Below the pieces are notes generated by a model, which was given only the letters and a program-made list of their open reading frames with translations, made no database searches and had not been told where the DNA came from. The translations under genes and the position numbers were made by a program. From an uncultured bacterium (lineage in GTDB: Bacteria > Planctomycetota > UBA1135 > GCA-002686595): a DNA stretch of 64,000 nucleotides. Below, one piece after another: positions 56,594 through 64,000 of this stretch. The stretch lies in the NCBI GenBank assembly GCA_943787795.1, contig CALSNU010000002.1, positions 320,001 to 384,000 of the forward strand, in the 5' to 3' direction. Position 1 is the stretch's first letter. Each line of letters begins with the position of its first letter.

Positions 56594-57913
56594 TTACAGG
56601 CGCCGCTCCACGCCGAGGACCGCCCGACCGACGACCTCTCCGAGGTCAGCGAAGAAGCGGTCCGCCCGGCCGTAGTCGTAGACGCCATCACCGACCACCC
56701 CGTTCGGGTTGGTGTATAGCGTCGCGGCGAGGAAGAAGCTCCGGCCGGTCCGGCGGTCCACGACCTCAGAGTTGGTGATGCTGAAGCCGTAGGCGCGGCC
56801 GACCTTGTCGCGCACCACCAGCTCCTCGGCGGCGCGGAGCCGCAAGAGGCCCGGCAGCAGGAACTTTGAGTAGTCGTCCGGGTAGGACGACGGGTCGTAG
56901 CGCGGGTCCGCGGACGCCCCAGGTGTGGAGGCCATCGCCTCACGGATGAAGTCTCGGTCCACCTCTGACAGGCCAAAGCCCGCGCGCGCTGGCCCGCCAC
57001 GCAGGCGATCGAGCGCGGGCTGAAGGTCCGGCCGCAGGAGCATGATGTTCATGTCCACCAGGTCCTCCAGCGGCATGAAGTTCTTCCGGTCGAAGCTCAT
57101 GGGCCCCTCGATCAACTGCGTCCCGAGGGTGTGAGCGCGGCCGAACTCAACGCCATCCAGGAAGGCGTTCGTACCCGGAGACGACGCGGTGCGGGAGGGG
57201 AGGCTGGCGATCACGCGGCCCCGATCGTCCAGGAGGTCGATGGCGGGCACCCTGAGCTGATCCTCCGGGGCGCGGAACTCCGCGAGCCGGTGGAAGATTC
57301 GCGTGTGCGCCAGCCCTGCGGCGCGCAGCGAGCCGTTGACCCCGTCGTTGCCCGCGAGCTCGTAGAGCCGGTTGTAGGCCGCGTTGTCAGAGACGAGCAG
57401 CACCTTGCGGGCCTCGTGCCCCGCGGTGATCGCGCCACCGTCCACGTGGCTGGGGTCCGCCACCTCGAGCACATCATCGTCAAAGAGGGGGTGGAAGCGC
57501 AGCGCCGTGGAGCGCGAGATCGGCGCCCCCGCGGCCGGCCCCGGCTGCCAGCCAGCGGCCTCCGGCGCGCTCAGCTGCTCGAAGGCCGCGATCACCGCCG
57601 CCGTCTTCACCGCGCTCGCGGGATAGAAGTACTCAGGGCCCCGGTCATAGGCGTGCCGCTCGAGGGTGGGCCCGGCGGCGCCCTCCTCCACGACCACCAG
57701 CTCGATCTTGATCCGGTGGGCGTCCGCCTCGTCGAGCAGGTCCGCGAACAGGTCCGGCCGGGACTGGAGGAGTCCGGCGAGCCGCTCGTCCAGGCGGGGC
57801 GCCGCTTCCTGCGGCGGGGCGGCCGCGCAGGCCGCCGCGGCCGTGAGCGCCACAAGGCCGAGGGCCAGGCGGAGCCGCTGCCCAGGCCGCCCCCGGAGGC
57901 CACCTCCCCTCAT
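56594..57913 (-). CDS. Serine hydrolase (class A beta-lactamase-like) lipoprotein
   Basis: FYPASAVK (SxxK), VSDN (SxN), DKVG (KTG-like) and lipobox-like AAAC. Confidence 0.8.
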   Translation of the reverse strand: MRGGGLRGRPGQRLRLALGLVALTAAAACAAAPPQEAAPRLDERLAGLLQSRPDLFADLLDEADAHRIKIELVVVEEGAAGPTLERHAYDRGPEYFYPASAVKTAAVIAAFEQLSAPEAAGWQPGPAAGAPISRSTALRFHPLFDDDVLEVADPSHVDGGAITAGHEARKVLLVSDNAAYNRLYELAGNDGVNGSLRAAGLAHTRIFHRLAEFRAPEDQLRVPAIDLLDDRGRVIASLPSRTASSPGTNAFLDGVEFGRAHTLGTQLIEGPMSFDRKNFMPLEDLVDMNIMLLRPDLQPALDRLRGGPARAGFGLSEVDRDFIREAMASTPGASADPRYDPSSYPDDYSKFLLPGLLRLRAAEELVVRDKVGRAYGFSITNSEVVDRRTGRSFFLAATLYTNPNGVVGDGVYDYGRADRFFADLGEVVGRAVLGVERRL

Positions 57914-59145
57914 CCCAGGGCCTCTTGCTCGAGGGCCAGTAGCTGGTTGGGGTCCATGGCCGGGCGCGCGAGCAGTGTGGACCCGTCAGGGTGAATCACG
58001 ACCTCGGCCGGGAGCGGGCGCGAGTTGTAGCAGGAGGCCATGGCCGCGCCGTAGGCCCCGACGTCGTGGATCACAAGCAGCTCCCCACGCTCGAGATCTG
58101 GCAGCTCCTGGGGCTCTGGGGCGCCACCCTTCCCCTGGGTGAAGACGTCGGCGCTCTCGCAAAGGGGCCCCGCGACCATCTTCGGGGTGGTGGGCCGATC
58201 TCCGCCTGCGAGGGCGCTGATGCGATGGAATGAACCGTAGAGCAGGGGTCGAATCATCGTGTGAAAGCCCGCGTCCACGAGGACGAAGCTCGACCCCTCG
58301 CGTCCCGTCGACTTCACGCCGCAGACCTCGGTCAACAGGACCCCCGCGTCGGCCACGAGCAAGCGGCCCGGCTCGGCCTCCAGCTGGATCGGACGTCCCA
58401 GCGACCTGGACCAGCGCTCACGACCCACGGACCAGATCGCCGCGAAGCGCTGCATATCAAACGGCGTCGCGCCGGGCCGGTAAGGGAACGACATGCCGCC
58501 GCCGCACGAGACGCGCAAGAGGGTCTCACCGAAGAGGGCGACCGCGGGGTCCATGGCCTCGACCGTACGCTCGATGAACCGCCCCTCCAGCCCGGATCCG
58601 ATGTGCACATGCAGCCCGGTGACCCGCAGCCCGAGCGCTTCAGCCCGCCGACGAACGGCAGGGAGTTCCTCGTGCCAGATGCCATGCTTGGAGTGGGGGC
58701 CACCCGTCGTGACCTTCATGTCGTGCCCTTCGCCGAAGCCCGGGTTCACCCGGAGGGTCACGTCCACTGCGCCTCGGAGCTCCGCGATGTCCTCGAGCAT
58801 CGACGCGCTCCCCGCGTTGACGTGGAGCCCCAGCTCGGCGACGAGCTCGCGCGCGCTCCGATCCATGAGGTCGGCGGTGTAGACCATCTCGTCAGGTTCG
58901 AATCCCGCCGCCCGGGCGCGCTCGATCTCACCCGCTGAGACCACCTCGCAGCGCGCCCCTCCGTCCCTCAGGGTCCGGAGCACCGCGAGGTTTGAATTCG
59001 CCTTGACGGCGTAGCGCACCGAATCGAAACACTCGAAGGGCTCGAGGTTTCGACGAACCGCCGCCAGGTCGTAGACGTAGAGCGGCGTGCCGTGGGCAGC
59101 GGCGAGCTCGGTGAGGAGCCCTTGGCGTTGGAGGCGTCGGTCCAT
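57910..59145 (-). CDS. lysA: Diaminopimelate decarboxylase
   Basis: GTPLYVYD, RYAVKANSN, HVHIGSG, EPGR, GPLCESAD and GAYG. Confidence 0.93.
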   Translation of the reverse strand: MDRRLQRQGLLTELAAAHGTPLYVYDLAAVRRNLEPFECFDSVRYAVKANSNLAVLRTLRDGGARCEVVSAGEIERARAAGFEPDEMVYTADLMDRSARELVAELGLHVNAGSASMLEDIAELRGAVDVTLRVNPGFGEGHDMKVTTGGPHSKHGIWHEELPAVRRRAEALGLRVTGLHVHIGSGLEGRFIERTVEAMDPAVALFGETLLRVSCGGGMSFPYRPGATPFDMQRFAAIWSVGRERWSRSLGRPIQLEAEPGRLLVADAGVLLTEVCGVKSTGREGSSFVLVDAGFHTMIRPLLYGSFHRISALAGGDRPTTPKMVAGPLCESADVFTQGKGGAPEPQELPDLERGELLVIHDVGAYGAAMASCYNSRPLPAEVVIHPDGSTLLARPAMDPNQLLALEQEALG

Positions 59146-59230
59146 GGACCAGATTCTCCCTCATTGGGAGCCAAGTTCAATCCTGGAGGCCCGGCGAGGT
59201 CGCCGAGTTCTGTGTACCTTCCAAGGCGGC

Positions 59231-60343
59231 ATGCAGCGTCTGTCCCAACTCGGCCGATCGGCCACACTCGTCGCGACCCTCGGCCTCGCCGCCGTGGCCG
59301 CCGTGCAGCTCGAGACCACCGCGGGGGCCGCCCTCGGCGGCAGCGGCGCACCCCGGAGGATCTTCGTCGATGCGGGTCATGGCGGGACCGACCCCGGGGC
59401 GATCGGCAATGGCATCGTCGAGAAGGAGCTCAACCTCGAGGTCGCCCTGCGCCTCCGGGACCTGCTCGAGGCCGACACCGAGGACACGTCAGGTGGCGGC
59501 GAATGGGAGGTCATGATGACGCGCACCACCGACGCGTCGGTGCCGCTCTCGAGTCGGACCAACGCCGCGAACAACTGGCCCGCTGACCGCTTCGTCTCGA
59601 TCCATCACAACGCGTTCGGCAGCTCGATCGCGAGCGGAACGGAGACGTTCTCCTTCGCCAACGGGACGGCCGGAGCGGACCTGCGGGATCGGCTCCAGGA
59701 GGAGCTCCTCAGCGCCATGGGGCTTGTGGACCGGGGCCCCAAGACCGCCAACTTCTTCGTGCTCAGGGAGACCCTGATGCCCGCCGCGCTCACGGAGGCG
59801 GGCTTCCTCAGCAACCCCGGCGATGCCGCGGCCCTGTCCGCACCAGGGGCAGTGGAGGCCCTCGCCCTGGCCCACCTGTTCGGCATCCAGCGCCACTACG
59901 GCATCCCGCCCCACATCCCAGTGGACGGCCCCTCCACCTACTGCTTCCCCAAGACCGCCTCGGCAGGCTGCGTCCCGTCGATCGAGGCAGCGGGCACACC
60001 CTCCGTCAGCCAGAGCGACTTCGTGGTCGCCTGCGATCAGGTCCTCAGCCAGCAGTTCGGGATGCTCTTTTGGGGGCGTCAGGGGCTGGAGTTGCCGCTG
60101 CTCGGCGGATTCCTCTGTGTGGGCGGGCCCCTGATGCGCACGCCCGTCCAGTTCTCCAATGGCCTCGGCCCCGGCAATTGCTCCGGGCGCCTCGAGCTCC
60201 AGATGGACAGCGGCTTCCTCAGCGCCAACGGGATGCTCCCGGGGGACGAGATCTTCTGCCAGTGGTGGTACCGAGACCCCGGGCTCCTGCCCGCGACGCC
60301 GGTCGGGCTCTCCGACGGCCTCCGGTTCACCGTGCTCCCCTAG
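59231..60343 (+). CDS. N-acetylmuramoyl-L-alanine amidase (Amidase_3) with C-terminal Cys/WYRD domain
   Basis: IFVDAGHGGTDPGA, EKELNL, FVSIHHNA and LTEAGFLSN, then STYC...CQWWYRDP. Confidence 0.9.
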   Translation: MQRLSQLGRSATLVATLGLAAVAAVQLETTAGAALGGSGAPRRIFVDAGHGGTDPGAIGNGIVEKELNLEVALRLRDLLEADTEDTSGGGEWEVMMTRTTDASVPLSSRTNAANNWPADRFVSIHHNAFGSSIASGTETFSFANGTAGADLRDRLQEELLSAMGLVDRGPKTANFFVLRETLMPAALTEAGFLSNPGDAAALSAPGAVEALALAHLFGIQRHYGIPPHIPVDGPSTYCFPKTASAGCVPSIEAAGTPSVSQSDFVVACDQVLSQQFGMLFWGRQGLELPLLGGFLCVGGPLMRTPVQFSNGLGPGNCSGRLELQMDSGFLSANGMLPGDEIFCQWWYRDPGLLPATPVGLSDGLRFTVLP

Positions 60344-61074
60344 GGGAGCCGCCAGTCGCCCCAGCGCGTCGCGGGGACAAACCCAAGGCGCTTCGCCAGC
60401 GCGACCGAGGGCCCGTTGGTCGAGGCCACCGACCAGATCGGCGCGAGCCCCGCTTCCGCCCGCTCCAGCATGAGGGCCGCGGCGGCGCTGGCGCCGAAGC
60501 CCTCACGGCGGAACGGAGCCGCCGTCTCCACGGATACGTCCCAGAGGGTCTCGGTCTCCACGAAGGCATAGGCGAAGGCCACGGGCTCGCCCCCCGCCAG
60601 CGCCACCGCGGTCGCAGGCCAGGACTCCAGCGCCTCCAGTTCTCGCCGCATGGGAGCGGGGAGTTCCTCCACGGCGGGGTCCCCAGCTCCGATGATCTTG
60701 ACCTCATGGCGACCGGCCTGCGCCGCGAGGATGTCGGGGCTCCCTCCCCATGAGAAGACCTCCACCACGCCGGCCTTCGCCGCAGCCCCCTCCGCAGACC
60801 ACTCCTCCATCACCTCAGGCGCGGCGCGCAGCCGGAGGCGCCCTTGCTCGATACCTGCCGCGCGCGCGGCCGCGGCCAGCCCATCGGCGAGCCCCGGCTC
60901 CGGCGCGCCGATACCCACGGCGAGGTCATGGTCCGGAGCCAAGGCGAAGCCGGCCCCCGCCCGCTGCTGGCTCATCACCAGGGACGTCCCGCGGCGGCGG
61001 AGCAACCCACGCACCTCCACGAGCGCAGGGACATCCTCCAGATGCGCAAGGAGGTCAGCCTTGGTGGGTTCCAT
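60340..61074 (-). CDS. GNAT family N-acetyltransferase
   Basis: VETAAPFRREGFG (acetyl-CoA motif A) and NGPSVALAKRLGF. Confidence 0.85.
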   Translation of the reverse strand: MEPTKADLLAHLEDVPALVEVRGLLRRRGTSLVMSQQRAGAGFALAPDHDLAVGIGAPEPGLADGLAAAARAAGIEQGRLRLRAAPEVMEEWSAEGAAAKAGVVEVFSWGGSPDILAAQAGRHEVKIIGAGDPAVEELPAPMRRELEALESWPATAVALAGGEPVAFAYAFVETETLWDVSVETAAPFRREGFGASAAAALMLERAEAGLAPIWSVASTNGPSVALAKRLGFVPATRWGDWRLP

Positions 61075-61119
61075 GGGCCAGAGGGTACGGGCGCGGCGTG
61101 GTCAGGATGAAATGGGCCG

Positions 61120-61560
61120 ATGAACGTCGTCCACCATCAGGAACGCCGCGCGATCGAGACGCCGGGACGAGGACTCACCGATATCACCCTCGAGGTCTCG
61201 TCCATCGTCGCCCGGTCCGGCGTGGAGACCGGGCTGGCGGTCGTCTACTGCACCCACACCTCGGCCAGCCTCCTGATCCAGGAGAACGCGGACCCCAGCG
61301 CTGCGCGGGATCTGCTGGCGTGGTTCGAGCGCCTGGCACCGGACGGGGACCCGCGCTACACCCACACGCTGGAGGGGGAAGACGACATGCCCTCCCACCT
61401 GCGGGCGTCGGTCACGCGGACCTCGGAGACGATCCCGGTGGCAGCCGGGCGTCTTGTCTGTGGCCGTTGGCAGGGGCTCTTCCTCTTCGAGCACCGGACC
61501 ACGCCCCAAAGGCGAGACCTGGTGGTGCATGTTCACGGTGTGGGCTCTTCGGCGACCTGA
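61120..61560 (+). CDS. yjbQ: YjbQ / UPF0047 family protein
   Basis: HTSASLLIQENADP, HTLEGEDDMPSH and GRWQGLFLFEHR. Confidence 0.92.
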   Translation: MNVVHHQERRAIETPGRGLTDITLEVSSIVARSGVETGLAVVYCTHTSASLLIQENADPSAARDLLAWFERLAPDGDPRYTHTLEGEDDMPSHLRASVTRTSETIPVAAGRLVCGRWQGLFLFEHRTTPQRRDLVVHVHGVGSSAT

Positions 61561-61587
61561 ACCGCCGAGGTCCCGCGGCGGCTTCCG

Positions 61588-63207
61588 TCAGCGCTCGGAC
61601 GCGCCGTCGTCGGTGGCCAGGCGGGCGAGACCCGGGTCGCCCGCGTCGTAGCGGCTGACCCGGAAGATCGCGTGGGAACTCTGCGGCCCACCGCCGCGGC
61701 GGCCGCCGGGGGAAACTCCAGGGGAACCTCCGGGGGGACCTCCTCCCGGAGGACCACCCCGGTCGGGGCGGCCCTGGGGCGGGCCGCTACGTCCGGCCGG
61801 TCCGCCCCGCTCGGACCCCTCGTCCGGCTTGAAGTCCTGCAGGTACTCCCAGACCACCACGTGGTCGGGGGTGACCTCCAGAACGCGGCCCTCCTCCCCG
61901 AGGCAGACGAGCGTGTTGCCGCTCTCAAGCCTCTGGACTCCGCTGATGTGCCCGTTGAAGATCGGCTCATCGCCGCCGTCCCAGGTCCAGGCGAGCTCAG
62001 GCTGGGCGGGGAGGCCATCCCCGAACCCGCCATCCTCGGTGAAGGGGATCGCGAACACGTCCGCGCTGGAGCGGTCGCCGCCCGGCCGGCCGCTGCCGTT
62101 GTTGAACACGGAGAGCTCGATGGCGCCCGCCGCGGCAAGGAACTGCGGGTCGTGCTGGTTGAACAAAACCTGCCCACCGTCCGCTCCCCAGGACGCGGGC
62201 CGCCCGAATCGATGGAGCAGATCGCCGCCGCGACCGCGCCGGCCGCCCTCGCCTGTGCGCGCCTCGGCCGTGGTAGTCGAGTGGTCGATGAACCAGATCT
62301 CGCTCGCTGAGCGGACGCTGATGGCGATCAGGTCGGTGACGGGGTCGTAGTCGATCCCGTTGGTGTGCATCCAGTCCGCTCCGCCGCTGCGGCCCCCGCG
62401 CCCGCCACGCCCGCGCCGCCCCCGGCGGGGCTCGTCGCCCCCCCCGCCGTATCCGAGGCCCCGCAGGCGCTCCTGCTCGGCGGCCTCGCGCTCGAGCTCC
62501 GCCGCCGTCCGGGGTCGCTCGCGGCGGTCGAAGTTCACGTTGATCCGGTACGGGTGCTCCGCGGGGTCGCCGTAGTTGGGCTTCTGCGGGTCACGGTCCT
62601 GGACGAGGTGATCCCACGCGTGCCACTCCCAGACCACCTCCGCCTCGGAGGCGCCAACCGGCTTGAGCTCCAGGACCGCGTCCGGCCAGATCCCGCGTTC
62701 GCCGATGCTGCCGGCGTCGCGACCGGCCGCGATGGCGTCCTCAGTGGAGACGCCCTCCCAGACGATGGCCAGGACGTTCCCGTTCGGCAGCGGCTCGATG
62801 TCGTGGTGCTGGCGGCGGCGGCTGTTGGCGAGCTGATAGTCCCACAGGAGCTCTCCGTCCCAGCCGATCCGCTGGATCCGGCCCCCCTCACCCCCGCCGC
62901 GGTACGGCGCGCTGCCCGCGTCCTTGCCACAGCGCAAGAGCGAGCCGTCCTCCAGCAGATAGGCCGAGTTGCCTGGCGTCCACTCACTGGGCCAGGAGTG
63001 AAGGGTCTCGCCAGCAACGTCCACCAGGTAGGTGGTCCGGGAACGAAGCGGCGCCACCAGCGTGGCACCACCGCCAGCCCCCTCGAGGGAGCGGAGTACT
63101 CCACGCTCCGGCTCCAAAGGAGGCCCTGGGCGAGCGCCTTCCTGGGCACTAGACGTTGAGACGAGCAGGCTGGCGAAGAGAGCGGCGGAGAGCTGAACTG
63201 GCGACAT
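61588..63207 (-). CDS. Aryl-sulfate sulfotransferase (ASST) family secreted protein
   Basis: QHHDIEPLPNGN, WEWHAWDH, DWMHTNGIDY, NQHD and ISGVQRLESGNTL. Start approximate. Confidence 0.85.
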   Translation of the reverse strand: MSPVQLSAALFASLLVSTSSAQEGARPGPPLEPERGVLRSLEGAGGGATLVAPLRSRTTYLVDVAGETLHSWPSEWTPGNSAYLLEDGSLLRCGKDAGSAPYRGGGEGGRIQRIGWDGELLWDYQLANSRRRQHHDIEPLPNGNVLAIVWEGVSTEDAIAAGRDAGSIGERGIWPDAVLELKPVGASEAEVVWEWHAWDHLVQDRDPQKPNYGDPAEHPYRINVNFDRRERPRTAAELEREAAEQERLRGLGYGGGGDEPRRGRRGRGGRGGRSGGADWMHTNGIDYDPVTDLIAISVRSASEIWFIDHSTTTAEARTGEGGRRGRGGDLLHRFGRPASWGADGGQVLFNQHDPQFLAAAGAIELSVFNNGSGRPGGDRSSADVFAIPFTEDGGFGDGLPAQPELAWTWDGGDEPIFNGHISGVQRLESGNTLVCLGEEGRVLEVTPDHVVVWEYLQDFKPDEGSERGGPAGRSGPPQGRPDRGGPPGGGPPGGSPGVSPGGRRGGGPQSSHAIFRVSRYDAGDPGLARLATDDGASER

Positions 63208-63286
63208 CAGACCGAGCCTAGACGCCTGATCGCTGCCCCGCCCGTCCATCCTCAGGGTCGCTTCATCGACCGCTCCGGGGAGCCCT

Positions 63287-64000
63287 TCAAAGTCGAGCGT
63301 GGAGCTTCTCGAAGACGTTGGCGCCGTCCGCGCGCAGCCCGTCGTGCTCGTGCTCGTTGGTGATCCAGGGCTCGAGCCCCTTGATCCTGCCCGCGGTCTC
63401 GATGGAGAGGTCGGCGGGCACGAACATGTCGTCGTGGTAGACAAGGGCCGCCACCGGGACCTTGTTTCGCCCGAGGACCTCGGGGTCGTACAGCGCGGGC
63501 CAGTCCGACTTCGCGGCGAGCAGCTCCCCCACCTCGGCGAGGCTCTGCAAGGCGCTGAACTGCTCCAAGAACCAGGGGTACACCATCTCGCCGGTGAACA
63601 TCGGCGCGCGCGGCGCGACCGACGGTGCGAACTCGGGGTGCTCCTCGCGCACGCGATGGGCGGCCCAGGCGGTGGGCCCTCCCTGGGCGTAGCACGCCTC
63701 GTGGAGGATGGCGTAGAAGGGGTTCGTATCGAAGGACTGAAGACCCTCGACCCCGCGCAAGAAGGAACGTGAGAACGAGTCCGTCCCGGGAACGAAGGCC
63801 CGCTCGAACAGGTAGTGAAGCTGGGCCGCACCGTACGAGAAGCCGAGCTGGCTCCCCACGAGCTGGAGGCGCTCGGGGGTGAGCGCATCGCCGCAGGGGA
63901 GGGCGACGCCCCCGCGCTCAAGGCGCTCGAAGACGGCGCGCGCGCGCCCCTCCAGCTCAGGAAAGCGCTCGAAGAGCTGCTGGTTCTTGGTCCGGGTGAG
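63287..64000 (-). CDS. pip: Prolyl aminopeptidase (alpha/beta hydrolase), 5' part outside the window
   Basis: NPFYAILHEACY, FTGEMVYPW, YHDDMFV (catalytic Asp) and WITNEHEHDGLR (catalytic His). Confidence 0.85.
   Translation of the reverse strand, partial: LTRTKNQQLFERFPELEGRARAVFERLERGGVALPCGDALTPERLQLVGSQLGFSYGAAQLHYLFERAFVPGTDSFSRSFLRGVEGLQSFDTNPFYAILHEACYAQGGPTAWAAHRVREEHPEFAPSVAPRAPMFTGEMVYPWFLEQFSALQSLAEVGELLAAKSDWPALYDPEVLGRNKVPVAALVYHDDMFVPADLSIETAGRIKGLEPWITNEHEHDGLRADGANVFEKLHARL

Noticed and set aside
61588..63921. 777-aa ORF as a single protein
   Set aside because: The N-terminal ~240 aa overlap the prolyl aminopeptidase in another frame. The real sulfotransferase starts near 63207.

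Overview
High-GC bacterial chromosomal window, most likely Planctomycetota. That assignment is inferred from DUF6288-, DUF58/MoxR- and Cys/WYRD-type C-terminal-domain proteins and has not been verified. No mobile element or CRISPR array was seen. Contents in order: tRNA-Val(TAC); ugd; an ECF sigma factor locus with a candidate ECF-promoter-driven small RNA; TPR, DJ-1, AsnB and methyltransferase genes; a seven-gene MoxR/DUF58/vWA (Bat-like) operon; a His-rich secreted protein; transketolase; a polysaccharide cluster (GT4, wecB, wecC, beta-helix protein, flippase, GT-C); an H-NOX plus hybrid kinase pair; a Cys-rich SdrD-B-repeat surface protein; an M43 protease; bioB/bioF-bioD/bioA; a secreted adenosine deaminase; a small Zn-ribbon/AT-hook gene behind three palindromic operators; a radical SAM gene; a peptidoglycan-turnover cluster (frameshifted D-Ala-D-Ala dipeptidase, serine hydrolase-NamZ fusion, serine hydrolase, lysA, amidase); GNAT, YjbQ, arylsulfotransferase and a partial prolyl aminopeptidase. 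The strongest novelty candidate is the BatC-like gene of the MoxR-vWA operon. It appears to read through two in-frame UGA codons (U-x5-U), each followed by a SECIS-like hairpin, and so may be an unannotated exported di-selenoprotein.
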